Shown here one piece after another: positions 26,102-34,781 of a DNA stretch of 37,506 bases. The notes under the pieces were generated by a model, which saw only the letters and a list, made by a program, of their open reading frames with translations, made no database searches and was not told the DNA's origin. A program made the position numbers and the translations under genes. This stretch comes from a virus. Taxonomy: Duplodnaviria > Caudoviricetes. The stretch is taken from positions 1 through 37,506 of the IMG/VR virus record IMGVR_UViG_3300039918_000045; one strand, 5' to 3'. The number at the start of each line of letters is the position of its first letter. Positions within the stretch are counted from its first letter, which is position 1.

Positions 26102-26866
26102 ATGACTGGTTTTGAGATCGCCGCCGTTATTGCCATGCTGGCCGGCGCCGGCATGCAGTACAAGGCCAACACGGACGCCCAGGCGCGCCAGCAGCGCGAG
26201 ATTCAGGCTTCGCTCGCGAGGCAGCGTGATTTGCAGTTGGAGTCCGAGAAGAAGGCCATGGACACTGCCAAGCAGTTCGCGCCGGAAGATCGGAAGCAGG
26301 AGCAGGCCGGCGTCGAGCAGCAGATCACCGACGCTATCCAGGCGCCGGTGCAGAGTGCGCAGCAGATCAACAACACGCAGAGCACCACGCAGGGCAACGT
26401 GTCGAACGACTACGTCGCCGCGAAGGCGGCCTCGGATGTCAACCAGCTGAAGCAGGCCGAGTCGCTGGCGCGCCTGCTGGGCAAGACCACAGCCGCCGGT
26501 CGGCTTCGCACGAACGAGGCAGTCCGAGTCGCGGATGCCGCAGCGGGCATTGACCGGCTCAACAACTTCTCGCGTGGCCGGGCGGCTGCTGACGAGATCG
26601 GCATCAATGCCGCAGGCCGGCAGGACGCCGGCATGGTGCTGGGCGGACAGGTGCTGGGCGCGCTTGGAGCGGCGGGTCTCGCGGCGGCAGGTAATGCGGG
26701 CAATGCCGCCACGGCAGCGAAGTACGGCACGACGGCCGGATCAGAGCAGACCGCAATGCTGGCCGCACAGGATGCAGGCATGGGCATGACTGCGAGCGGC
26801 GGATTCTCGCCAGTGTGGGCCGGCACGGTCGGCAAGCTATTCCAGGGTGTGGGAGCACGTCGATGA
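26102..26866 (+). CDS. Ejection protein 2
   Basis: AAGGAG RBS, hydrophobic Gly/Ala ends, Gln-rich coiled coil. Confidence 0.7.
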   Translation: MTGFEIAAVIAMLAGAGMQYKANTDAQARQQREIQASLARQRDLQLESEKKAMDTAKQFAPEDRKQEQAGVEQQITDAIQAPVQSAQQINNTQSTTQGNVSNDYVAAKAASDVNQLKQAESLARLLGKTTAAGRLRTNEAVRVADAAAGIDRLNNFSRGRAAADEIGINAAGRQDAGMVLGGQVLGALGAAGLAAAGNAGNAATAAKYGTTAGSEQTAMLAAQDAGMGMTASGGFSPVWAGTVGKLFQGVGARR

Positions 26867-27894
26867 AATTCACTCTGAACCCTTCCGGCGCCGAGCCTAT
26901 GGCCCAAGGCATTGCCAATGCTATCAAGACGGCGGCGTTGGCGCCGATAGCTCGTGAGCAGGCCGAACAGGCTGCCACGCTGCAGAACGCGCGTGTCTAT
27001 GCCGCGAACATGGCTGGCAACAAGGCTGGCGCGGAAGCCGAGAATTCCCGCTACACGCTCGCGCAGCGCCAGGGCGTCGAGGACCTGATCAGCAAGAATC
27101 CGCAGTTCGCCAGCAACCTGCAGACTGCTATCCGCCTTTTCGGACTGACCGGCGACGACAACATCGAGCGCCTAGCACGCGCGAGCGGTGAGATTCAAAC
27201 GCAGGGCATCCGAGACCAAGCCGTCGCCGCGGTGGACAACGTCGACCGCATGAACCGGCTGAACACGCTGGCGAAGCCGGGAGACACGTACATGCCGTAC
27301 GACAACGTCGGCAATACCGGTGTGTCGCTGAACAAGGCGACCGGCTCGCAGGTGTCCGCGAATCCAGTGCTCGCCAAGATCTATCAGGCTGTGCAGGGCT
27401 CGATGGTCAATGAGAACAACGCCCAGGCCGGCGCCGCCGGCGCGTCCGCTGCGCTTTCGAACGAACGTCGCCGCGCGATCCAGCAGGGCGACGTGCGCGA
27501 CGGCTCGGATGCCGACGGCAACCCGATTGCATACCGCGTTGGCACGGCCGGGAAGGTGGAAGTGCTGGACGGCGTCGCGCCGCGCGCGCGTTCCAGCGGA
27601 GCGGATGCGGCCGCCACGAAGGCCCGTGCTCGCATCGCCGAACAGGTCGCCAAGGATCCCATGATCGCGCCGGAAGATCAGGAGGCGGAGGTCGAACGCC
27701 GCATGCGCCTGGCCACCGGTCCGAGCGTACGCGACTACATGGCCGCGGCGAAGAATCCGTCGGGAGGGAAGGGCGGCTCTAACATGGATTCCGACATGCC
27801 CGCCGGCATTCCTGCCGGTTCGAAACAGATCGGCACGGCCAAAGGCAAACCGGTCTGGCAGGCACCTAACGGCAAGCGATATATCGTGGAGTGA
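26863..27894 (+). CDS. Ejection protein 3
   Basis: ATGA coupling, Ala/Asn/Gln-rich. C-terminal IPAGSKQIGT..GKPVWQAPNGKRY. Confidence 0.7.
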   Translation: MKFTLNPSGAEPMAQGIANAIKTAALAPIAREQAEQAATLQNARVYAANMAGNKAGAEAENSRYTLAQRQGVEDLISKNPQFASNLQTAIRLFGLTGDDNIERLARASGEIQTQGIRDQAVAAVDNVDRMNRLNTLAKPGDTYMPYDNVGNTGVSLNKATGSQVSANPVLAKIYQAVQGSMVNENNAQAGAAGASAALSNERRRAIQQGDVRDGSDADGNPIAYRVGTAGKVEVLDGVAPRARSSGADAAATKARARIAEQVAKDPMIAPEDQEAEVERRMRLATGPSVRDYMAAAKNPSGGKGGSNMDSDMPAGIPAGSKQIGTAKGKPVWQAPNGKRYIVE

Positions 27895-27900
27895 TACAGG

Positions 27901-30900
27901 ATGGCGGTTCGAGAGTTTTCCGGGCAGTTGGACGGTGTGCAAGAGTTCGACGGTCTGCTGGATTCCGAACTGCCGCCCGATCGGGCAGCGTTCGGCGCAT
28001 ACCGTACGCCGAAGCAGAAGCGCGCGCCGGCACGCCCCGACATTGGCGTCATGGGCGCCGCCACGCCGGAGCCTGCCGCTCCACTCAGCCCGGCTACGCA
28101 GGCCGTCGTCGACCGCTGGCAGGACCGCCTTACTCGGCCGGTAGAGGCCGGTACGATCGGTCCGATCCAAGGGCCCGAGCCTTCCGTCGGTAGCGTCGTT
28201 TCCGGCCTCGTGAATTCCGTCGTGTCTGGCGGACAGAAGACCCGCGCCGGCATGCGCACCATCATTGCTGACATGATCGGCTCGCCCGACGCCACGGCTA
28301 CTGCCCGGCGTGAGGTCGCCGACGCCCAGCTTCGCGACGCCACCACCACCCCCGCATTCGAGAGCCCGACCGCCGCCGGTATCTATGGCGGTGTCGCGAG
28401 CACGCTGCAGCAGATTCCCGCCGTGGCCGCCGGCCTGGCAACGCGCAGCCCCGCAGTCGCTACTTCCGCCATGGTCGCGCCGCTCGTGCCGCAGCAGTAT
28501 GGCGTGTACCGCGGCGCTGGCGCTGACCCGCTGACCGCTGGTGCTGGCGCTGCCGGGTATGCAGGTATCGAGTACCTGACCGAGCGCCTGCCGATGGGCG
28601 TGATTGTGAACAAACTGGGCAAGGTTGGCGCGATGAAGCTGCTAACCGACTGGATGGTCAAGGAAGGGCTAGGCGAGCAGGCCGCAACTATCGGGCAAGA
28701 TGCCATCGACAAGGCGATCGCTGAACCTGACAAGACATGGGGCGATTACCTGCGCGAGCGCCCTAGCGCGGCATACCAGACGCTACTCGCTACGATGACG
28801 CAGGGCGGCATTATGGGCGGCGTCAATCATGGCATTCGCGCCGTGCAGCGCGCAGAGGACCGCGCCGTCGCAGAGGATGCACGGCAGGTCGCACTGACCA
28901 AGGCCGCCGACTTCTTCAAGCCGCCCGTCGGCGTCGCGCGCGAGCTGCCCGCCGATGTTGTGCTGGACGGCGAGGCGCCGCCTGCTGCCCCGGCCGTTCC
29001 GCCTGTCACCGTGCCGCCGGCCCCGGTGCCCGCACCCATCGCCGCCGCACCGATGCCCGCGCCGCAGCCCGTTGTGCCGTCGCCGCTGGAGCAAGCCGCG
29101 CCGGCCGTGGCTGACATCGTGACGCCGCCAACCGCACCGAATCAGCCGGCCGAGGTTCTGGCCGAGCCGATCGAGCAGGAGATCCGCGCGACGCAGGGTA
29201 TGCAGCAGCGCCCGGTGTCGCAGTGGACTGATGCCGACTACATCGGCCAGGCCGAGACTGCGCCGGAAATTGTTCCTGCCATTGAGCAGCCAGCCGCACG
29301 GCAACAGGTGCCGGCTGGTGCGCCGGACCCGGTGCCGTCGCCGCAGCCGACAGCTACCCAGAATCTGCAAGCCGCTCAGGTCGCGGCCGCGGCGCAGGAT
29401 CAACATGCCGTGAATCATCCGGCGATGCTCTCCGATAAAGCGATGCAGATAACGCAGCCGTCGGAAGGCTTGCGTCCCGGCGATGTGGTGGCCGCCACAG
29501 GCAGGCCGTTCGCCACCCAGGCGCAGGCCAAGGCCGAAGCGAAGAACGCCGGCCCGGGCTGGCGCGTAGCGCGCGGCGGTGGCGGGTTCGTTGTCCGCTA
29601 CCAGCCGCCCAGCGAGCGGCAGATCGCCAACGCAAAGCGCCTGGCGGAGCGCCAGACCAGCATCGATAGCGAGCGCGACAGCATGTTTGCAGCGATCGCG
29701 AAGCTGGGCGGCATCAGCCGTGACGAGGTCGTCAGCAAGTGGGGCATTGACCCTGCAGAACTGAAGGGCCTGTTTGGCGCGGGCATCAAGCGCGTTGCCA
29801 CCGGTGGCGGAATGTCCATCGACGCTATGGGCGAGGCGCTGGCCGAGTACGGATACCTGTCGCGCGACGAGCACGGCAAGCACGACACGCGCGAGTTGGA
29901 GGAGCTTTTCGACTCCGAACTGCGTGGGGAGAAGCACTATACTCCGCAAGGATGGGAGCAGGCGCTGCGCGACCGCCAAGCTGCCGAGTACGAGGAATAC
30001 CTGAATCAGCAGGATCTCGAAGCGGCCGGCGCCGGCAACTTCACCGACGAACAGATGGATGCGCTCGACGCCATCCTTGGCAGCCCTGCCGAGGATGATG
30101 CGGTATCGGCGTTTCTCCACAGCATCAGCGAGGCCGACAATGCCCAAAGCCCAACCGCCGAAGAAGACGTCGGCAACGCTGCCGCCGCAGAGGCAGCAGC
30201 AGATCAAGCAAGCACTCGGGAAGCTGTCGCCCCAAATGAAGAAGGAAGTCATCGAGGCGGCGCAGAAGCTGATCGAGACCCGCAAGGCGCGGATAGCGCA
30301 GGACAACGCGCCACTGACTTTGCCCTCGGCTCCGAAACCTTAGACGAGGCGCGGGCCCGCACCCAGCGCGAAGACCAACAGCGCGCCGACCAGGCACGCC
30401 AGCGCCGCGAGGATGACCGCCGCGCGCAGGCCGATGCCATGCGCGACGACTTTGTCCTGACCGGCAGCGATCGCGACGCCGACCAAGCTGCAGCACGCGG
30501 ACAAGAAGCATTGTTCTCCCGATCGGCTATGAAGTCGGTCGACGCGAACATCCGCCGCGGAACCGACGCTATGCAGAAGGCGATTACGGAGCAGCGCGAC
30601 GTGCATCGGGCCATGTATCGGTCGGATCTCGGGTGGATTGACTTCGTATGGGGTGACTCGAAGCGGGGGATCGCGCACGTCATCCGTCAGCGCATGGCGA
30701 AAGATGGAATGTCCGCCTCTGATGTGAAGCGCATGCTGACGTCGGAACTCATCGAGGCGATTGCCCGCGGGGAAGAGGTCTCCCGCCGCCAGTCCGGCGA
30801 GATGAAGTCCGTGCGCATTGAGCACAACGGGTTCGCCGCTATCCTGATCAAATGGCCGGGTAGCAACGGCTGGCTGATGAACGGCTATGAGGTTGTGAGC

Positions 30901-33900
30901 AAGGAAGAAGCCCTTGCCCGCAAGAAGAAGGGGGGGAACCCAGGTGCGACGCCGGCCGGTTCTGATGCACGGCGTCCTACGCACGAAGACACTACGCTTG
31001 CCCGTGTCGACGCGGGAGCTGGATTCGTGGCCTCCGATTCGACCGCACCAGCCAAGACCGATGCCGCCGATACGCAGCGGGACACTACAGAGAGTGGCAG
31101 CCCACAGGGAGCGGATGACGATTCCATTGTAGCGCCAAATTCGCATAGGGATATGTCCCGCGGCGCGGCCCGTGGCATTTCTGCCGAATCGGTTCGCGAG
31201 GCCATAGCCGACGACATCTACGGCCACGATGTCGACGTCTACAACAGCATGGACGACGCGCCCGACTACGTGCGCGAGCAGGCTGCAGGCGAGGGCGCCG
31301 AAAACATCGAAGGATTCTGGGATAGCCGCGCCAATCGCGTCGCCCTGATCGCCTCGAACATCGATTCGCCGGAGCGCGCAGTGCAGGTCGCCCGTCACGA
31401 ACTGCTTGCCCACTATGGTCTAGAGAACATGCTAGGCGCGGAGGAGATGGGCCGGCTGGCGCAGCGCGTCATCACTGCCGAGAAGGACGGGAACAAGGCG
31501 ATCGCCGAGGCCGCGGCCAAGGTAGACCGCACGCAGCCCGGCCTGACGCCGGAGCGCCGCGCGCGCGAGATCGTTGCAGTCATGGCCGAATCGGGCGCGC
31601 ACAATAGCATCGTGCGCCGCGTGCTAGACGCTATCCGCCAATTCCTGCGGAAGGTCGGCTTCGTCAAATCAGACGCCACCGACGCCGAGATCGCGAAGCT
31701 GTTGCGCGAAACGCAGACGTACCTGCGCGAGAAGGGTGCAGAGCGCTCCGCAGAATCGGGTACGTTGTTCTCCGGTCGGGACCGCATCGACTACAGCCAG
31801 GACGAATTGAACTTCGGCGCGCGCCAATCGTTCGAGGTGCCCGAGCCGCGCCTGTGGGACAACATCGTCCGCGCGCTGCAGGACAACAAGATCGACCTAA
31901 AGCGCGTACAGGATGCCATTCGCAAGGCTGGCAATACGATTCGTGAGCGCTCGGACGCCTACCTGAATGAGGAGCTGTATCACGGCCGCGTGTCCGCCCA
32001 GGTCGACGATCTGGTGGACCGCCGCGTTACGCCGCTGCTGAAGGCGGTGCATGAATCCGGCCTGTCGCTGGCCGAGGTCAACCGGTATCTGTTCGCGCGA
32101 CACGCGCCGGAGCGAAACGAGCAGCTTGCGAAGATCAATCCGCACCGCCGCCACAACCAGGCGCTGTCCGGCATGAGCAACACCGAGGCCGCCGGGATCC
32201 TTGGCGCGTTCCGCAACGAGGGGAAGACCGAGAAGCTGGAGCGCATCGCGGCCATGGTCGACGCGATCACCAAGGAATCGCGCCGCCGCATCGTGTCGTC
32301 GGGGCTGGAGCAGCGCGACGTCGTGGATGCGTGGGAGGCAGCGTATAAGAACTACGTGCCGTTGATGCAGGACATGCCTAACCACGGCCGCCGCAAGGTC
32401 GGCGGGTTCGACGTGCGCGGTCCGGAGTCGCAGCGCTCGCTAGGCCAGTCCGACAGCAACATCGCGAAGGCGGCCATCCAGCAGGACATCATCGCCAACG
32501 TTATTGCCCAGGCGCAGACCACGATCCAGCGCGCCGAGAAGGCGAAGGTCGCGCGGTCACTGCTGGACCTGGCCCGCGAGTTCCCGAACGACAAATTTTG
32601 GCGCGTCGACCAGCCGCCGAAGAAGAAGCGCATCAACCCCGACACGGGCCTTGTGGAGCTGGCTGACGATCCGAACTTCAAGGCGAAGGAAAATGTCCTG
32701 ACCGTGAAGGAGAACGGGGTCGAGCACTTCATCGTGTTCAACGAGCGCGACGAGCGCGCTATGCGCCTGGCCGAGGCGATGCAGAGTCTCGACGCCCCGC
32801 AACTTCCGTGGGCGATCGAGGCATTCGGCAAGGTGACGCGCTACCTTTCCCAGTGGATCACCGCGCGTAACCCGCTTTTTTGGATCACCAACTTCGCACG
32901 CGATGTTCAGGGTGCAGCCTTCAACCTGCAGAACACGCCGATCGCCGGCAAAGAGGCCAAGGTGCTCGCCAGCATCCCGAAGGCCATGGCCGGCTATTGG
33001 AAGATCGTGCGCGGCGATGGCACCGGCCAGTGGGCGGACTACGCGCGTCAGTTCAAAGAAGACGGATCCGAGACCGGCTATGTAAAACCGTTCGAGAACC
33101 CCGCCGAGCGGATGGCCGACCTCGAAAAGCAGGTCGAGGACATGAAGCAGGGTAAGGCCGATCCGCGCCGCCTGGCCCGCTCGCTGGTCGAGATGGTCGA
33201 CGACTACAACAACATCGTCGAGAACGGCGTGCGCCTGGCGGTCTATCAGACGGCGCGCGATGCCGGCGTCAGCAACCGGCAAGCGGCCAGCCTGGCGAAG
33301 AACATCACGGTCAACTTCAACCGCCGCGGCTCGCAGACCGTTTTCGCGAATTCCCTGTACATGTTCTTCAATGCGAACGTGCAGGGCAACGCGCGCTTCC
33401 TTGGCTCGCTTGCGAAGAACCGCCGTGCGCAGGTGGTGGCCGGGGGGCTGGTCGCGATGGGCTTCGTAATGGATGCCGTGAACCGCGCCGTCGGCGGGGA
33501 TGACGACGAGACCGGCAAGAAGAAGTACGACGAGATTCCCGACTTCGAGAAGGAGCGCAACTGGTTCATCATGTCGCCATCCGGCAAGTACGTGAAGGTG
33601 CCGCTGCCGATCGGCCCCCACGTCATGGTCAACGCCGGCCGCCTCATGTCCGAAATGATCTTCAAGAAGGGCGGCGGGGTGCTGGACAAGGGCGCGAGCA
33701 TGACCCGCGTCGCGCTGGACGCTTTTAACCCGATGGGCTCGCCAGGCTCGTTCTCGCAATTCTGGCTGCCGTCGGTGGTGAAGCCGCTGGCCCAGGCTGC
33801 CGAGAACAAGAGCTTCGCCGGTGGCCCGGTCTACCGTGAGGGCGATGACCGTAGCTACACTGGCCCGGCATACGATCGCGCCTTCCGCTCAACGGGCGAC

Positions 33901-34458
33901 CAATGGAAGGCGGCGTCGAAGCTGCTGAACGACGTCACCGGCGGGGACAGCGTCAAGCCTGGCGCGATTGACGTGCCGCCGGAAGTGCTGCGCCTGATGT
34001 TCACCAGCTACCTATTCCCCGGTCTGACCCAGACGGCCGACAAGGCAATCACGACCGCGAGCGATTCGGCCAAGGGAAAGAAGGTCGAAGCGTCGCAGAT
34101 CCCCGCGCTGTCGCGGTTCTATGGCGAGGCGCCGGAGGAGCGGGCGCAGGAGCGCGCTTTCTACGAGGAAACGAAGAAACTGAAGCAGACCGTCGGCCAG
34201 GCCAAGCGCTATGCGAAGGACGGCAACCGCGAGGGCATGGAGCGCGTACTTACCGAACTGGGTGACGGCGATATTGCCGCCGGCAAGAAGCGGATGGGCG
34301 AATTCGACGCTGCGGAAAAGGCGCTGCTGAACCTGAACAAGGCCCGGAAGCGCATCGAGACGGACAACAAGCCCGACGCCGAACAGCGAGAGCAGTTGAA
34401 CGAGATCGAGGACCGACGCATGAAGGTAATGCGCCGGATCCTCGCGGGGGCAAAATAA
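27901..34458 (+). CDS. Large polyvalent ejection protein with PBECR-type RNase domain, zincin-like HExxxH domain and LPD38-like C-terminus
   Basis: 2185 aa. LGWIDFVWG..KRGIAHVIRQR...WLMNGYE at about 30510-30900, ARHELLAHYGL at about 31390-31420, and EIPDFEKERNWFI...YVKVPLP at about 33530-33610. Confidence 0.85.
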   Translation: MAVREFSGQLDGVQEFDGLLDSELPPDRAAFGAYRTPKQKRAPARPDIGVMGAATPEPAAPLSPATQAVVDRWQDRLTRPVEAGTIGPIQGPEPSVGSVVSGLVNSVVSGGQKTRAGMRTIIADMIGSPDATATARREVADAQLRDATTTPAFESPTAAGIYGGVASTLQQIPAVAAGLATRSPAVATSAMVAPLVPQQYGVYRGAGADPLTAGAGAAGYAGIEYLTERLPMGVIVNKLGKVGAMKLLTDWMVKEGLGEQAATIGQDAIDKAIAEPDKTWGDYLRERPSAAYQTLLATMTQGGIMGGVNHGIRAVQRAEDRAVAEDARQVALTKAADFFKPPVGVARELPADVVLDGEAPPAAPAVPPVTVPPAPVPAPIAAAPMPAPQPVVPSPLEQAAPAVADIVTPPTAPNQPAEVLAEPIEQEIRATQGMQQRPVSQWTDADYIGQAETAPEIVPAIEQPAARQQVPAGAPDPVPSPQPTATQNLQAAQVAAAAQDQHAVNHPAMLSDKAMQITQPSEGLRPGDVVAATGRPFATQAQAKAEAKNAGPGWRVARGGGGFVVRYQPPSERQIANAKRLAERQTSIDSERDSMFAAIAKLGGISRDEVVSKWGIDPAELKGLFGAGIKRVATGGGMSIDAMGEALAEYGYLSRDEHGKHDTRELEELFDSELRGEKHYTPQGWEQALRDRQAAEYEEYLNQQDLEAAGAGNFTDEQMDALDAILGSPAEDDAVSAFLHSISEADNAQSPTAEEDVGNAAAAEAAADQASTREAVAPNEEGSHRGGAEADRDPQGADSAGQRATDFALGSETLDEARARTQREDQQRADQARQRREDDRRAQADAMRDDFVLTGSDRDADQAAARGQEALFSRSAMKSVDANIRRGTDAMQKAITEQRDVHRAMYRSDLGWIDFVWGDSKRGIAHVIRQRMAKDGMSASDVKRMLTSELIEAIARGEEVSRRQSGEMKSVRIEHNGFAAILIKWPGSNGWLMNGYEVVSKEEALARKKKGGNPGATPAGSDARRPTHEDTTLARVDAGAGFVASDSTAPAKTDAADTQRDTTESGSPQGADDDSIVAPNSHRDMSRGAARGISAESVREAIADDIYGHDVDVYNSMDDAPDYVREQAAGEGAENIEGFWDSRANRVALIASNIDSPERAVQVARHELLAHYGLENMLGAEEMGRLAQRVITAEKDGNKAIAEAAAKVDRTQPGLTPERRAREIVAVMAESGAHNSIVRRVLDAIRQFLRKVGFVKSDATDAEIAKLLRETQTYLREKGAERSAESGTLFSGRDRIDYSQDELNFGARQSFEVPEPRLWDNIVRALQDNKIDLKRVQDAIRKAGNTIRERSDAYLNEELYHGRVSAQVDDLVDRRVTPLLKAVHESGLSLAEVNRYLFARHAPERNEQLAKINPHRRHNQALSGMSNTEAAGILGAFRNEGKTEKLERIAAMVDAITKESRRRIVSSGLEQRDVVDAWEAAYKNYVPLMQDMPNHGRRKVGGFDVRGPESQRSLGQSDSNIAKAAIQQDIIANVIAQAQTTIQRAEKAKVARSLLDLAREFPNDKFWRVDQPPKKKRINPDTGLVELADDPNFKAKENVLTVKENGVEHFIVFNERDERAMRLAEAMQSLDAPQLPWAIEAFGKVTRYLSQWITARNPLFWITNFARDVQGAAFNLQNTPIAGKEAKVLASIPKAMAGYWKIVRGDGTGQWADYARQFKEDGSETGYVKPFENPAERMADLEKQVEDMKQGKADPRRLARSLVEMVDDYNNIVENGVRLAVYQTARDAGVSNRQAASLAKNITVNFNRRGSQTVFANSLYMFFNANVQGNARFLGSLAKNRRAQVVAGGLVAMGFVMDAVNRAVGGDDDETGKKKYDEIPDFEKERNWFIMSPSGKYVKVPLPIGPHVMVNAGRLMSEMIFKKGGGVLDKGASMTRVALDAFNPMGSPGSFSQFWLPSVVKPLAQAAENKSFAGGPVYREGDDRSYTGPAYDRAFRSTGDQWKAASKLLNDVTGGDSVKPGAIDVPPEVLRLMFTSYLFPGLTQTADKAITTASDSAKGKKVEASQIPALSRFYGEAPEERAQERAFYEETKKLKQTVGQAKRYAKDGNREGMERVLTELGDGDIAAGKKRMGEFDAAEKALLNLNKARKRIETDNKPDAEQREQLNEIEDRRMKVMRRILAGAK
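30140..30343 (+). CDS. Probable overprinted 67-aa protein in the +1 frame of the giant gene
   Basis: GAGG 30130-30133 then ATG 30140. This frame has host-like G/C-ending codons while the host frame is A/T-ending and low-complexity over the same stretch. Confidence 0.6.
   Translation: MPKAQPPKKTSATLPPQRQQQIKQALGKLSPQMKKEVIEAAQKLIETRKARIAQDNAPLTLPSAPKP
30936..31119 (-). ncRNA. Two tandem ~90-nt structured RNA units, antisense within the giant gene
   Basis: Units 31119-31030 and 31026-30936, each closed by a terminal stem with G-U pairs favouring the minus strand. Shared boxes at 93-nt period. TACAAT at 31131-31126. Confidence 0.6.
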
Positions 34459-34537
34459 TGCATTTACGCATTGAAAAATAAGCGTATGCGCATATATAAT
34501 TGCCTGGCTTGACAAAGTCCCCGAGCGCCAATAATCT
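34458..34537 (+). promoter_or_regulatory. Tandem promoters of the c4/antirepressor operon, the first overlapped by an operator pair
   Basis: TTGAAA 34471-34476, 18 nt, TATAAT 34495-34500, with operators at 34458-34471 and 34480-34493. TTGACA 34509-34514, 17 nt, TAATCT 34532-34537. Confidence 0.85.
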
Positions 34538-34565
34538 ACCGGTACCGTTGAAACAGCAGCGGTAC

Positions 34566-34635
34566 GGGCTTGGTCGCTCGGTACACAAAGGCGCACGATA
34601 AGCCGCGCCGCATCTTTGCTCGCGGCTTTTTGTTT
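34566..34635 (+). terminator. a1/b1 target element followed by an intrinsic terminator
   Basis: a1 TTGGTCG 34570-34576 in a hairpin loop and b1 CACAAAGG 34584-34591. Stem AAGCCGCG/CGCGGCTT 34600-34628 followed by TTTGTTT. Confidence 0.8.
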
Positions 34636-34655
34636 GCGCACGCTTGGCACTCCTA

Positions 34656-34730
34656 TGGTGGGCCGGGCGGGGACCCCGGAAGGGGTGCCGGTTCCTTTGT
34701 GCCGGTCGACCAACCCTGTTCGGTCCACCA
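34656..34730 (+). ncRNA. c4: C4 antisense RNA (P1 C4 / P4 CI type)
   Basis: 17-bp closing stem and ACCCC-GGAA-GGGGT hairpin. Loop b' CCTTTGTG 34694-34701 and a' CGACCAA 34707-34713. Targets upstream and downstream (a2 34737-34743, b2 34767-34774 over the RBS). Confidence 0.92.
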
Positions 34731-34781
34731 CCCCGTTTGGTCGCGGGGTGGCGGGTTTAGATCCGTCACAAAGGAGTAACC

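Noticed and set aside
29397-29413. AGGA-N-ATG inside the giant gene suggesting another nested ORF
   Set aside because: Reads ATG CCG TGA, only two codons.
30936-31119. Nested units as tRNA genes or known self-cleaving ribozymes
   Set aside because: No TTCRA T-loop in a cloverleaf position and no CCA end. No hammerhead, twister, pistol or HDV core recognised by eye.
34458-34781. LexA box controlling the antirepressor
   Set aside because: No CTGT-N8-ACAG match seen in the promoter region.
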